Of a stretch of DNA of 64,000 nt, positions 1 to 10,424 are shown one piece after another. Position numbers and translations under genes: made by a program. Below the pieces are notes generated by a model that searched no databases, was not told the origin of the DNA, and saw nothing but the letters and a program-made list of their open reading frames with translations. The first letter of the stretch is position 1. Each line of letters starts with the position of its first letter. This DNA is from Utricularia gibba (lineage: Eukaryota; Plantae; Magnoliophyta). The stretch covers positions 372,001 through 436,000 of the forward strand of contig NEEC01000026.1 of assembly GCA_002189035.1 (NCBI GenBank), in the 5' to 3' direction.

Positions 1-91
1 TTTCCTGCACAATGCAATCATATTTGAGGACGCCAGATAGTATGCGTATACTCCTTTTAACAAGAGATGAAAATAGACCGGTGTTAGTTAC

Positions 92-664
92 CAGTGGCGG
101 AGAGCAAGACTTCATCTCCTCCAGGATGATCTTCCATGAATGAGGTAACATCATAAACCTAAAGGCAGGATTCATCTCACAAAATGATGCAACAATAACA
201 CCTTCCACTTTTTCAGGGAAAACCAAATACTCGAAAACCCAATGTGTCATTTCCAATACTCGAGATGAATGAATCATAATCCAGCAGCACTTAAGAATTT
301 CATTGGCGAACACCAGACATCAAACCAGTACACGAAATCCAAGCTCTACACAAGAAATAGTGCATAAAAGGGGAAAAAAGAATCCAGAATACACAAAGCC
401 GGCGATGGACAAGCAGGATCACAAGCCAACGAACTTACAGATACCCAAAATTCACTTTACACGCAATGCACCCACTAAAGATGAGATATTCCAAATGAAC
501 AAGCGAAGTCAGCAGAGCAGCCACTTTCCGAAAATTAGGAGGAAAACAAAAAGGGGAAAACCAAAAAGGTTTCTTACCTTTCCACCTATAATCAGCCAAC
601 AATCCTTACTCTTGTTGTGCGTCGCCACATCCTGGAAAGAGTGCACTTTCGGATCTGAAGCCAT
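92..664 (-). CDS. CB5: Cytochrome b5 (CB5-D/E type), partial; exons 664-578 and 158-92, last exon beyond the left edge; 5'UTR intron about 813-679
   Basis: Exon 1 reads MASDPKVHSFQDVATHNKSKDCWLIIGGK then GTAAG. Exon 2 (67 nt) reads VYDVTSFMEDHPGGDEVLLSATG, containing the heme-binding HPGG motif, with AG/GT borders. Confidence 0.96.
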
Positions 665-892
665 CGCCTTCCGCTAGGCTACAGAGAGCAATAAACGAAT
701 TGATGATCCGGATCAAAAAGGAATGAATCGGTTAGTCCACATAGAAGAGTCACAAAGGAACAAAATCGATCGCGAATAACAGTGAGCAGCAGGAGATTCA
801 GCGTCTCGCTCACCGAATCACAACTCCCGAGGAAGCAGATGAGGACTGACGGCGTGAGCGCGTGGGGATGGGAATTGGCTTCCTCCCACACT

Positions 893-900
893 TATTTATA
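893..900 (-). promoter_or_regulatory. TATA box of cytochrome b5
   Basis: TATAAATA on the minus strand, about 80 nt upstream of the 5'UTR intron donor (GTGAG at 813). Confidence 0.55.
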
Positions 901-1268
901 ATAAACCCAAGCGAGGGTCACGCTGAATTAAATACCCAATATTATTTCTGCAGATTTTAGATGGGGGATGGGAATTGGCTTTCAGAATCTTGGGTTTATC
1001 CTTTGTAGTTGTTGCTGGTCATTGCCTTCAGAATTTTTTTTTTTAATGCTTTAAGTCCCTCCCTGGTTTTGGATGCCGGTGACTTTAGTTGTGAAGGAAT
1101 TGGTTTGTTTATAGGAAAGATTAGATTTATTTGGACAGAAACAAGTCAAAACCGATTGAAATATTTCAATGATTCCGTTGGGAGTGCCTTCAGTTTGAAT
1201 TTTTTTTTGTTTTTTGTTTCTTGGCATATAAGTTGCAACTCATTTCAATGCTGTAATAACTTGCACAG

Positions 1269-2710
1269 GATATTGTTGCGTGTGACGTTGTTAATCCAGA
1301 CCACATAGATGTGAACTTTGATGCCATTGGTGGATTGGACGCTATTAAGCAAGAACTCTATGAATTGGTTATACTTCCCTTGAGACGACCTGAGCTATTT
1401 TCCCGTGGGAAGCTTCTCAGTCCACAGAAAGGCGTTCTACTGTATGGACCACCTGGCACAGGGAAGACAATGCTTGCCAAAGCAATAGCCAAAGAGTCTG
1501 AAGCCGTTTTTATCAATGTCAGGGTGTCTAGTTTGATGAGCAAATGGTTTGGCGACGCACAAAAGTTGGGTAAGTAGGCTGCCTGGTATATAAGTCAAGG
1601 TTCCCTGCTAAATAATTATTATGGATGGCCGTCGCTCTTAATTATAGCAAGTATTATTGTGTATGCTCAAAAATGCCCACTAGGCTCCCTAGTGTTTCCC
1701 ACATTATACTCTGCTCTATCTTTAGTAGAAACTTGTTCCGCTTGTTTTTATTTTATGAAGACGTATAGGGCATTAATGTTGCTGAATTGTGCGGCTTTTG
1801 AATGTCTCCCTCTCTTGAGATTTTGAAGTTTTCTAACTGTCTCACCCTTTTCCTTTTCTGGTGGAATTTCATGCACTTGCAGTGAATGCTGTTTTCAGTT
1901 TGGCGTACAAACTCCAGCCGTCTATTATTTTTATTGATGAAGTAGATAGCTTTTTAGGCCAGCGAAGGTCTTATGAACATGAAGCGATGACTAGCATGAA
2001 AACAGAGTTCATGGCATTGTGGGATGGTTTCACCACGGATGGTACGTTCTCTATTCTCGTATATCATCTAGAAAATATTTAATGATCTGGATCTAAAAAA
2101 TAATCAACCTTATTGGTCAGTATGCGGTACCTGAAGCGTGTCAATGTGTGTTCTATTACTCAAAATTTTACTTTTGAAATGATCCAGAACATGCCCGGAT
2201 CATGGTACTAGCAGCTACAAATCGCCCAGCTGAACTCGATGAAGCTATACTTCGGCGACTTCCCCAGGCATTTGAAATCGGCATTCCTGATCATAACGAC
2301 AGAGTTGTGATACTCCAGACGATATTGAAGAATGAGAAGGTGGAAGATGGGTTTGACTACGACCAAATATCAAGCATTTGTGATGATTACACCGGTTCCG
2401 ACCTGCTGGAGCTTTGCAAAAAAGCGGCATATTATCCCATCAGGGAAATGCTTGATGATGAGAAGGCTGGGAAATCATCTCAGGTGACTCTTGACTGAGT
2501 ACCGATTATGATTTTCTGTCCAGCCAACATGGGTTGTGTGTTCACTGACGCTCGCTCATCGATCAATTTGTTCAGGAGCCAAGGCCACTGAAGCAATCTG
2601 ATCTTGAAAGGGTCCTGGCCACAAGTAGACAGACAAGGGTCGCTGCAGCCCAGTTCCACCCACAGACTTCAGGGTCACGAGGGAGGGAGGGAGGGAGCGA
2701 GCGAGCTTGA
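1269..2710 (+). CDS. MSP1: MSP1/ATAD1-like AAA+ ATPase (family of At4g27680/At5g53540); exons 1269-1569, 1883-2041, 2188-2483, 2576-2710; N-terminal transmembrane exon not found; last exon frameshifted
   Basis: Spliced frame reads DIVACDVVNPDHIDV, Walker A GPPGTGKT, Walker B IIFIDEVD, TEFMALWDGF, SRH VLAATNRP...DEAILRR, and EPRPLKQSDLERVLATS. All junctions are GT-AG and in phase. Confidence 0.92.
2679..2706 (+). repeat. (GAGG)4(GAGC)3 microsatellite inside the last MSP1 exon
   Basis: Read directly from the sequence. Confidence 0.9.
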
Positions 2711-3479
2711 CTATCCGGTTCAGTCAATCATCAGAGACCTGTCGTAAGTAGTTGTTTTGTCCCAAGGTTGGGAACCTTGAGGAGGATAAGTAACGAAGAT
2801 TTAGTTAACAGAGTTAATTAGTAAAATACCTCACATTCTATATTAAATTGGTATAATACTTGATTTAAAAATCAATTTTGTTAAATACATATGTCTATAT
2901 TGACAATTTATCCTATTTTTACTCTTCATTTTATTTTTTTATTCGATCAATTTATCAAAATATCTGTGTTAGAAAAACTTTTTATCAAAATATATATTGA
3001 TTTTTCGTTATTATTAAATTACATAAATTCATTGTAATTAAAATATCTATAGTTTTTGCTAATAATGTATTTTTATCTTATATTATTTAATTTATGTAAA
3101 AAAAATAAATACGGTAAATTAATCTATATTCGTTTCAATGGTAGTGTCTTTTAAAATGTCCCTATATTACTATTACTAAATACTCAAGATTTAGTAACCC
3201 TTTTTGGTATTATTAGTCTTTTGTTTTATTTGATTTAATTACTTATATCAAATTAAATCAGTAATGAACCCATTAAAAAAGACATGTTTATGTTAAAAAT
3301 ACCGTTTTACTTGACACAAAATTTACTGATTTTGTGTAACAATTCATTGTATCGGGAAGTGTAATCTAGAAACTTTGGAATTTAATTCAAAATTTTATTT
3401 ATTTATATAATATGTTTTTAAGTATATTAAAAATACCGTTTTACTAAGTAATTTATGAAAATCCTTTTACATAGAATAA

Positions 3480-3930
3480 TATTCTATATATAGAAACAAG
3501 AATCTAGATTCCAGTGTCTATATACAGCGGAACCAATGATTATTCATTAAAACACAAATCAAAGTCTATCTATTTCTCATTTAATTTAATTTATTCCAAT
3601 TGCACAGATAGACAAAACTTAAAATATAGGAAAAAATCATTTTTTGGTGAGCCGTAGGAGGGGAAAACCTCGTATACATTTCAAGGAGAGTGTATTGTTC
3701 ATCCACGTCTATCCCAATGAGCCGTTTATCCAATTGTTGCAATTGATGTTCGATCTCGAAGAGAAGGAAGAGATTTTCGAATCAATGGAGAATCAAATTT
3801 ATTTCAATGTTCCTCTTATTTTATATTGTCTTGAAAAAGGAGCTCAATTCACATGAGCTGTTCATAACCTTCTAAACCAAAGCAAAAGTTTTTGAAGGAA
3901 TTTCTGTCAAATCAAATGCAACTTAACTAA
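3480..3930 (+). pseudogene. rps16: Nuclear plastid DNA insertion (NUPT): 3' part of the rps16 group II intron plus decayed exon 2 (3719-3930); outer limits approximate
   Basis: Domain V-like GAGCCGTAGGAGGGGAAAACCTCGTATAC at 3649, intron end ATCCCAAT, then AVYPIVAIDVRSRREGRDFR...NQIYFNVPLILYCLEKGAQ with a deletion and frameshifts. Confidence 0.85.
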
Positions 3931-4205
3931 AAAAATACCATTGGGGAAAATTACATATTCATAGCTTATGGTAATTTTGAAAGTGCACAGAAACCGTCGA
4001 AATAATAAAATAAGATCGTATTCACAGGGAATTGTTATTGGAATTTTCTTTTCAAACAAAAATTCAAAAATACCGAAAACAAAAGAAAGATTTGGTTTTA
4101 AAAATAAAAAAAATGGCATTAGATCGAAGATCCATCTTACTTAAAACTCGTCCCTTGCATGTGTGCAAACCTTGAGGACTGACCTGCTTGCACAAGTTTT
4201 GGGGG

Positions 4206-5073
4206 TGTTATTCTAAAATATTGCTATTCGGTGACCGTTATAGCACCGTCCCTTGTTTTGTGGGATTATGGAATCAACCACGTCACCAGAGCCATTTCAC
4301 CTCTTGTGATAACCCATGTTTTTCTCACACCCAAATCTAACATCTACACCTCACACCTCATAAACAGATTAGACAGAATATGCATTACCAACGATGTCCG
4401 ATTGAGCTCTTCTCCATAGTTGCTTAAGGCCAACCTTTGATTTTCTCACATTCCCTTCGGGTTATGTGATACTAAACAGCACGTTGGTGAAGAAAACGTT
4501 GCAAAAAATAGAATCAAACCTCAATTTAAATGTCAAAAAACATAGTAAAACAGTCACACGCGCAAGACTTGCGCAAGTAAGGCTTCACCGTAGATTCTCA
4601 GCCACAAGTGCCTACACACGCAGTCTTGACTCTAACATAAAAATAGACATGAAAATAGGAAAAATACAAAGGAAAAGTGGTCAAAGACATCTCTAATGGT
4701 TGAGAGGGTGAATTATAGGAGAGTAGATCCAAGTTTTCGTATTGAGCTTATTTGATAGACTTGGATAAGATATTCTATTCAAATACTTTATCCAAATCTT
4801 CGAAGATCTTCATATCTCTATCTTATCCACGAACCTTGGACCAAATCTTCATGGCCCATCAAGTCCATAATTTGGTGGGTCTTGATTTCTCCTCAAATTA
4901 ATCCAAAAATGCTCTAAAAATCCACAAAATACTTTCTCTTCAAAAAGATCAAAGTAGTGTGAAAGATACAAAATCAATTGAAAATAATGAGAAAGTGGAG
5001 TTTAAGATAACTAAAAACAACACTCAAGAGTAATGAAAAAACATGTTTTGGAACGACACAAAATCACTTATCA
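4206..5073 (-). mobile_element. Gypsy (Athila-like) LTR or LTR fragment
   Basis: The minus strand starts TGATAAGTGATTTT at 5073, resembling the TGTTAAGTGTCATTTT LTR starts elsewhere in the window, and there is a possible ...AATAACA end near 4206. No matching TSD. Confidence 0.5.
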
Positions 5074-7128
5074 ATAGCATTACAAGTAAACTAATGCATT
5101 TTAATGTACCATATCATACATTTCAATAAAATAAAAAAAACATGCATTATAGTAATACATTCAAAACAATAGGTATTTTCAAAACAAAAAAAAAACAAAT
5201 TGAAGTTGGTTAGATGAATAGAAGAAAAGGACAAGCATTTTTAAAAAAATTCTGACACAAGTATTTAACTAAATTTTTGAAAATTATTCTGACATGTGAA
5301 GATTAAAACTAAAATCATTTAAAAAATAAAAACATTTCGTATATTTAAAAAATGTAATGTATGTAATTTAATATAAATATTTTTTTAATATTTTGAATTT
5401 TAATAAATATTAAGTTCATATGAATAATATATTATACATTTTTTATAGTAAAATCATATAAAAAAATATAATTTAGCTTCAAAATATAACTTAATTTATA
5501 TGAACATCTACCATAATTTGTAATTAACAATAAAATTTATAATAAAATATATTTTTTCAATTTAAATAAATTTTTAAATATACATTCATATTATATTATA
5601 TAATATCTTATGATAAACTAATATTATAAATATTATAAAGATATATAGTTTTAATAATTCATTAATAATTGTTTCATCCTCTATTTTTTGAAAACTTATT
5701 AATATAATATATTAAAAAAATATAACATCAAACATATTATAAAATAAATATATATTGTAAATATAAAAAAGATATATAATATTTTTTTATGACCTTTATT
5801 TCTTAAAAAAAGAATACATTATTCTTGTTTTTGAAATGCAGATGTGGAATGTTGTGATGGTATCCTCTCATTATCAATTTGTGTTATCTTTCGAGAAATC
5901 ATTTCTATAAATGATTGTGGTGGAGCCCAAAATCGGCAATATCTATGTGGAGGCAAGTAAAGGAGAGACTTATAAATCATAGGGTTGGGAAATAATGAAA
6001 CGAGTTTGTTTCGAACTAAACCAGCTGGAGAGAGGTTGGAAAAGCATCCTTATATCCTATCGCAAGCGGATACACCGATAAGTGTCAGAACTGGGCTGTG
6101 GCGATGGTTTTGGGCAATCTGAAAAGTAGCTGAATTACAGGGATGTCAGATCAGTTGGCGGTTATCTGTCAGGAGGACCACGGTACGGCTAAGAAGTACA
6201 AAAAGTACCCAACACTTAAGTAGTGTTCTGGAAAATTTTTGAAACCTGTTTTTACTTTTCAAAAATAATTTTGAAAAGTAAAAGTAAAAAGTAAAGCAGT
6301 GTTCCGTAATATTTCTACTGACTATTTCTACTTTTGAAATAAAAAAAATAATTTGTACGGAACACAATCAATTTCTATTTTTAATTATAGTAAAAATATT
6401 TTTAAAATCAAGTTATATGAACAGTAAAAATTAAAAGTAACAAGACCCCTACTTTTCGTTTTAATTCTATTTCTTCTAAGATTTCCAAAAAATATTTCTC
6501 CCATAGAACCAATTCTTGTTTCCCATAAGCGATGGCGAAACCTAGTGGTATTTGTAATCTTGGTGGACCAACTATAGTTTCTATAGAGGAATTTATTATG
6601 AGTCTTATTTTGTATAGCATATTTACTTCTCCTTTTGTTATCCATTATGCATGTGTCGAGGGATTTTTTTTCACTTGTTTACATGTTTCATTTGTTTTAT
6701 CATGTGAGTCTTTTAATTCCTCCATTAAAAAGGTAGTTCATGTTATGATTCATTATTACTGAATGATTTTTTTTGTTTATAGTATTTATTGTTTGTCAAA
6801 CAATAATCCAAAAGACTGCTTAAAATTGTTTCCCGTAGCAGAGGATAACTTGTATAATTATTTTTTTGTTAAATTGAGAAAACAATACTGGGATTTATGA
6901 TGGTTTGATCAAACTACCCAATAATGGAAACATGCTCTTGTTTGTTGTATCAACTTTGATTTATAGAGAAAGTTTATTGTTTTATCCCCTGCTGATTTTT
7001 TTTTTGTTTTTCAGAATGTTGTTTTGCTATTACTTGTTCATGATTTTCTTTGTTGTTGTGTTTTCTTATTTGTTGGAGTTGCATTTTTTCTTGAATGGCT
7101 TGTTTTTCTTTATAAGTTCATTTCACAG

Positions 7129-8150
7129 ATGGATATGGAGACAACCAAAGGTAAAAGAAAAAAAGATGTCTCATCTTCAAGTCAACCGAGTAAAGAATCT
7201 ATGAAGAAAGTAACATGGGATTTACCTACAATCGAGATCTTCCTTCAAGGGACACTAATGGAGGTTGAGAAAGGGAATTTTTGCAACACTTCATTTAATA
7301 AAGAAGGATGGAAAAACCTAATGAGTGGATTCAATAATACCCATCCATACAAATGCAATTTGGTGCAAATAAAAAATAAGTGGAATAACCTTCGAGAATA
7401 TTGGAGCGTGTATAAGAGTCTAAGCAATATGACTGGAATAGGATGTGAGGTTGATGGATGGACAATTAAAATGGATCTAGAATGATGGAAATTGCGAATT
7501 GAGGTTAATATATTTTTTGAAAGACCATATTCCTATCAATATTAGTATGTTTTGTTGCTTGTTAATGGTTATTGATTTCTTCCATTGAATAGCATGTTAA
7601 TTTGCTTTTTTATGTTGTCGACTTGTTCCAAAAAGTAGCAGGTTTTATTTTTTAATTATATATGATTCTGACTTCATACATGTGTTAATTAAATGAATTA
7701 GATACATATTATTCACTAGCTTTTACGTTATCAATATTAGTATATGTTAATAGTTCTGGAACTTTTACAAAACAGTAACGTTCTTTTAGTTTTTTAAATA
7801 TATCATGTTTTTATTTTTTCACATTCATCTCATTTTAATTACAATTGTTTTGTAGCAGGAAAATGTTGTAGCTGCTAAGTTCAAGAATAAACCATCTATA
7901 TTTCTTGAGTTGATGCAAATAATATTTGATCCCGTGGTTGGATATCCACCTGAGTGTTATGTGCCAAATGCAGGAATACAACAACAAGATAAAGAAGAGC
8001 AACAATTCAGATGAAAGAACTCCTGATGAAACTACTATGTTGGTTGTCTTTCAGACCCATGAAGGTGTCGTAACTGATTTGAATATTCAAGAGCAATCAA
8101 CACCAGCATCATCTAAGAAAAAAAAATTGTTCGTTGTAGGAACAGTGACC
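7129..8150 (+). pseudogene. PIF/Harbinger ORF1, Myb/SANT-like DNA-binding protein; premature stop at 7483, intron about 7504-7858; 3' limit approximate
   Basis: Reads VTWDLPTIEIFL...FNKEGWKNL...QIKNKWNNLREYW...TGIG, then ENVVAAKFKNKPSIFLELMQIIFD. Confidence 0.8.
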
Positions 8151-8154
8151 ATAT

Positions 8155-8404
8155 ATTAGAGTTGTCAACGCGGAAAGTGCGCTGCTACAGTACTAGCTCT
8201 TACCCTGATAAGACTTAAAACATAGACTGGACAAAATATTAGAGTTTTCGGCTCAATTGTTGCCAATTGAGCCTGTTTTCACAATAAACACATTCTAGCA
8301 GATTAAATACGCAAAAGAAGATAATTTAGCATACTAAATAACATTTATCCCTACAAAACATGCTTAAAAGCATATATAAAAACAAAATAAAAATGGTGTT
8401 ATCA
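8155..8404 (-). mobile_element. 5' fragment of a gypsy LTR inside the PIF element
   Basis: The minus strand starts TGATAACACCATTTTTATTTTG at 8404 and abuts the transposase remnant. Left limit approximate. Confidence 0.5.
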
Positions 8405-8637
8405 GCTATCAGGTACGTTTGGTAGTTGCAACTATGAGTATTCACAACTTCCTAAGCCAACTTTGTGCAAAAGATGATGGATCTAACCTCACTTAATACA
8501 ATGACTTGAATCCATTACCTAAAACCGATGATGATCCAGTTGAAGAGAATGAAATACTATCTCAGTTGACTTCGATGGAGACCATTCGAGACATAATTCG
8601 TGATCATCTGTGGAATGCTCATAATGGGAGGGTATGA
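8405..8637 (+). pseudogene. C-terminal remnant of the PIF/Harbinger transposase
   Basis: YQVRLVVATMSIHNFL...METIRDIIRDHLW resembles the conserved 'IV.AC..LHNF...R..IA..MW' transposase tail. Confidence 0.65.
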
Positions 8638-9476
8638 GAAGTTGTTGCAACCATCATTTGTAATCTTTGTAACCTATGTAATAATGTTTCATTTAATGAT
8701 TTGTGTTTAGTAAGATTTATGTGAAATTGAATAATATATACCATTAACTAGAAATTAGTCACTAAAGAATAATGAGCCTCACGTCAAGTTTACGGCTATA
8801 GCAATTATTGTGTTGGACAAAAAATTAAAAACATTATGGTAGGGAACACTTCTAATTTCTAGATCTATTTCTAAATTTATTTTACAGAAAAACTGGAACA
8901 TTTTTAATTTCTATGAATTATTTCTACTTCTACTTTATATTTTTCGGAAAGTAGAAATAGTCAGTACAAATATTACGGAACACTACTTAAGAGTAACCAC
9001 TCCTTACTTTTCCAAAAATAACTTTTGTAGTCATAATTTTAAAAGTGTTTTTGATAGAATTACTTTTACAATTAAAAGTGTTCTAGAACAAAACTATTTT
9101 TACTTTTGAAAAGTAGAAATAGGTTTTAAAAATTTTCTAGAACACCCTTAACAGAATTCAGAATACGGTCGAGTCGACCTTTTCTATAAATATAAGGAAG
9201 TGTGAAAAAGAGAGGGTTGAACTTTCTGCTTTCTTGAAGTATGGATTCCTCTCTTTTTCTCCATTGGTGAAATTACACTTTTGGTGAGCTTCGACAATTC
9301 CGTGATTTTTCTTTCTCCCGGCAGTTTCCATGTAAAAATCTATATTCATTTTTACTTCCGCTGATCATACCACACATCCCAAACTCATAATACCTAAATC
9401 AGATCCAACTAGTTTGGCTTTAGCGGTAAGCTAAAATAAGTTTTCATCGCTGTACTAATTTGCGGCCGCAACATTT

Positions 9477-9494
9477 TGGCGCCCACCATGGGGC
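9477..9494 (+). other. Primer-binding site complementary to the tRNA-Lys 3' end
   Basis: TGGCGCCCACCATGGGGC, 3 nt after the LTR terminal CA; one mismatch to the reverse complement of plant tRNA-Lys ...GCCCCACGGTGGGCGCCA. Confidence 0.75.
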
Positions 9495-10424
9495 AAGATC
9501 TCTTGTCCCACTAGAGAAATCCACGAAAGCTGCATGTTAAACTTTCATCATAACGGATATCAGCACAGTTGTCAACATGAGTAATGAAGGAAGTGTCAGT
9601 GTGCAAGACTTTGGCCTTATGATCATCAACCGGGAACAACTGAAGGCCCTCATTATGGAAATATTCTTTGACATCAAGTCACCTAGAGGCTAAACTCTAA
9701 TACGCAGGTTGGAATGCCGAAAACGAGACAAAGAGCGGACAAGCGACCTATAGAGCCGGAATACCTTCAGGAGATGGAGACTGGATCTGAAACCGAGGAT
9801 GAAACATTGCGAAGGAAAAGGCACAACGAGATCATTTAGGAACCAGGTACAAATAGGGAGGAAACAGCGAGAGAAATCCTAGAGAAAAGAGAACAAGGGA
9901 TTAGACGAAATCAGTGAAAAGAGAAAGGAGATCAGCCTATGGACACAACAAGTGGCGAGAGAAGGCAAGGGATTTCGAGATGGCATCTAGCACGATGTGT
10001 GCACAGGGCACCGGGATGTACTGGTCGACATCGACTTGGCTCTAAAAAGCAGTGCGGAGGGGCTAATCGGAATGGTCGCCCTGCGTTTCGACCCTTTCTC
10101 AAACGAACTCATCACAAAAGAACCTGGAAGAGGGTTCAAGGTGCCAGACAGCATGCCGACTTATGATGGAAAAGGGGATTCTGTATGACATGTGATCGAT
10201 TTTGATATGAGGATGCCGACTTATGATGGAACAAGTTGTTCACTTGCTCGCTCCTCAGAGGGGCAAAGACTTGGTTCAAATAGTTAGAACCATGCAGCAT
10301 GAGATCTTATTGAAAGTTGGTGTTGATTTTCATCATCCGATATGCTGTCATCATTAAGGCTCTGCCATCCAAGACGGCCCTATATTCAATCAAGTACAAC
10401 CACCGAAAAGAGAGTCTGGGAAGG

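Larger units (their letters stand above)
6296..8986 (+). mobile_element. PIF/Harbinger DNA transposon, defective
   Basis: TIRs of about 40 bp: GCAGTGTTCCGTAATATTTCTACTGACTATTTCTAC and GTAGAAATAGTCAGTACAAATATTACGGAACACTAC. Contains a Myb/SANT ORF1 and the transposase C-terminus. Confidence 0.85.
6220..9147. mobile_element. Tourist-like MITE (about 240 bp net: 6220-6295 plus 8987-9147), split by a PIF/Harbinger insertion
   Basis: The left end GTAGTGTTCTGGAAAATTTTTGAAACCTGTTTTTACTTTTCAAAA matches the reverse complement of the right end (...AAAATTTTCTAGAACACCC). TTAA flanks both sides. Confidence 0.75.

Noticed and set aside
303-677. 124-aa plus-strand ORF
   Set aside because: Antisense to cytochrome b5 exon 1 and intron 1, low complexity, no recognisable motif.
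2760-2783. Hairpin TCCCAAGGTTGGGAACCTTGAGGA as a Helitron 3' end that captured MSP1
   Set aside because: No CTRR terminus at the expected distance and no matching 5' TC end identified.
3293-3445. 19-bp direct repeat TTAAAAATACCGTTTTACT as a NUPT target duplication
   Set aside because: Both copies lie on the same side of the recognisable rps16 sequence.
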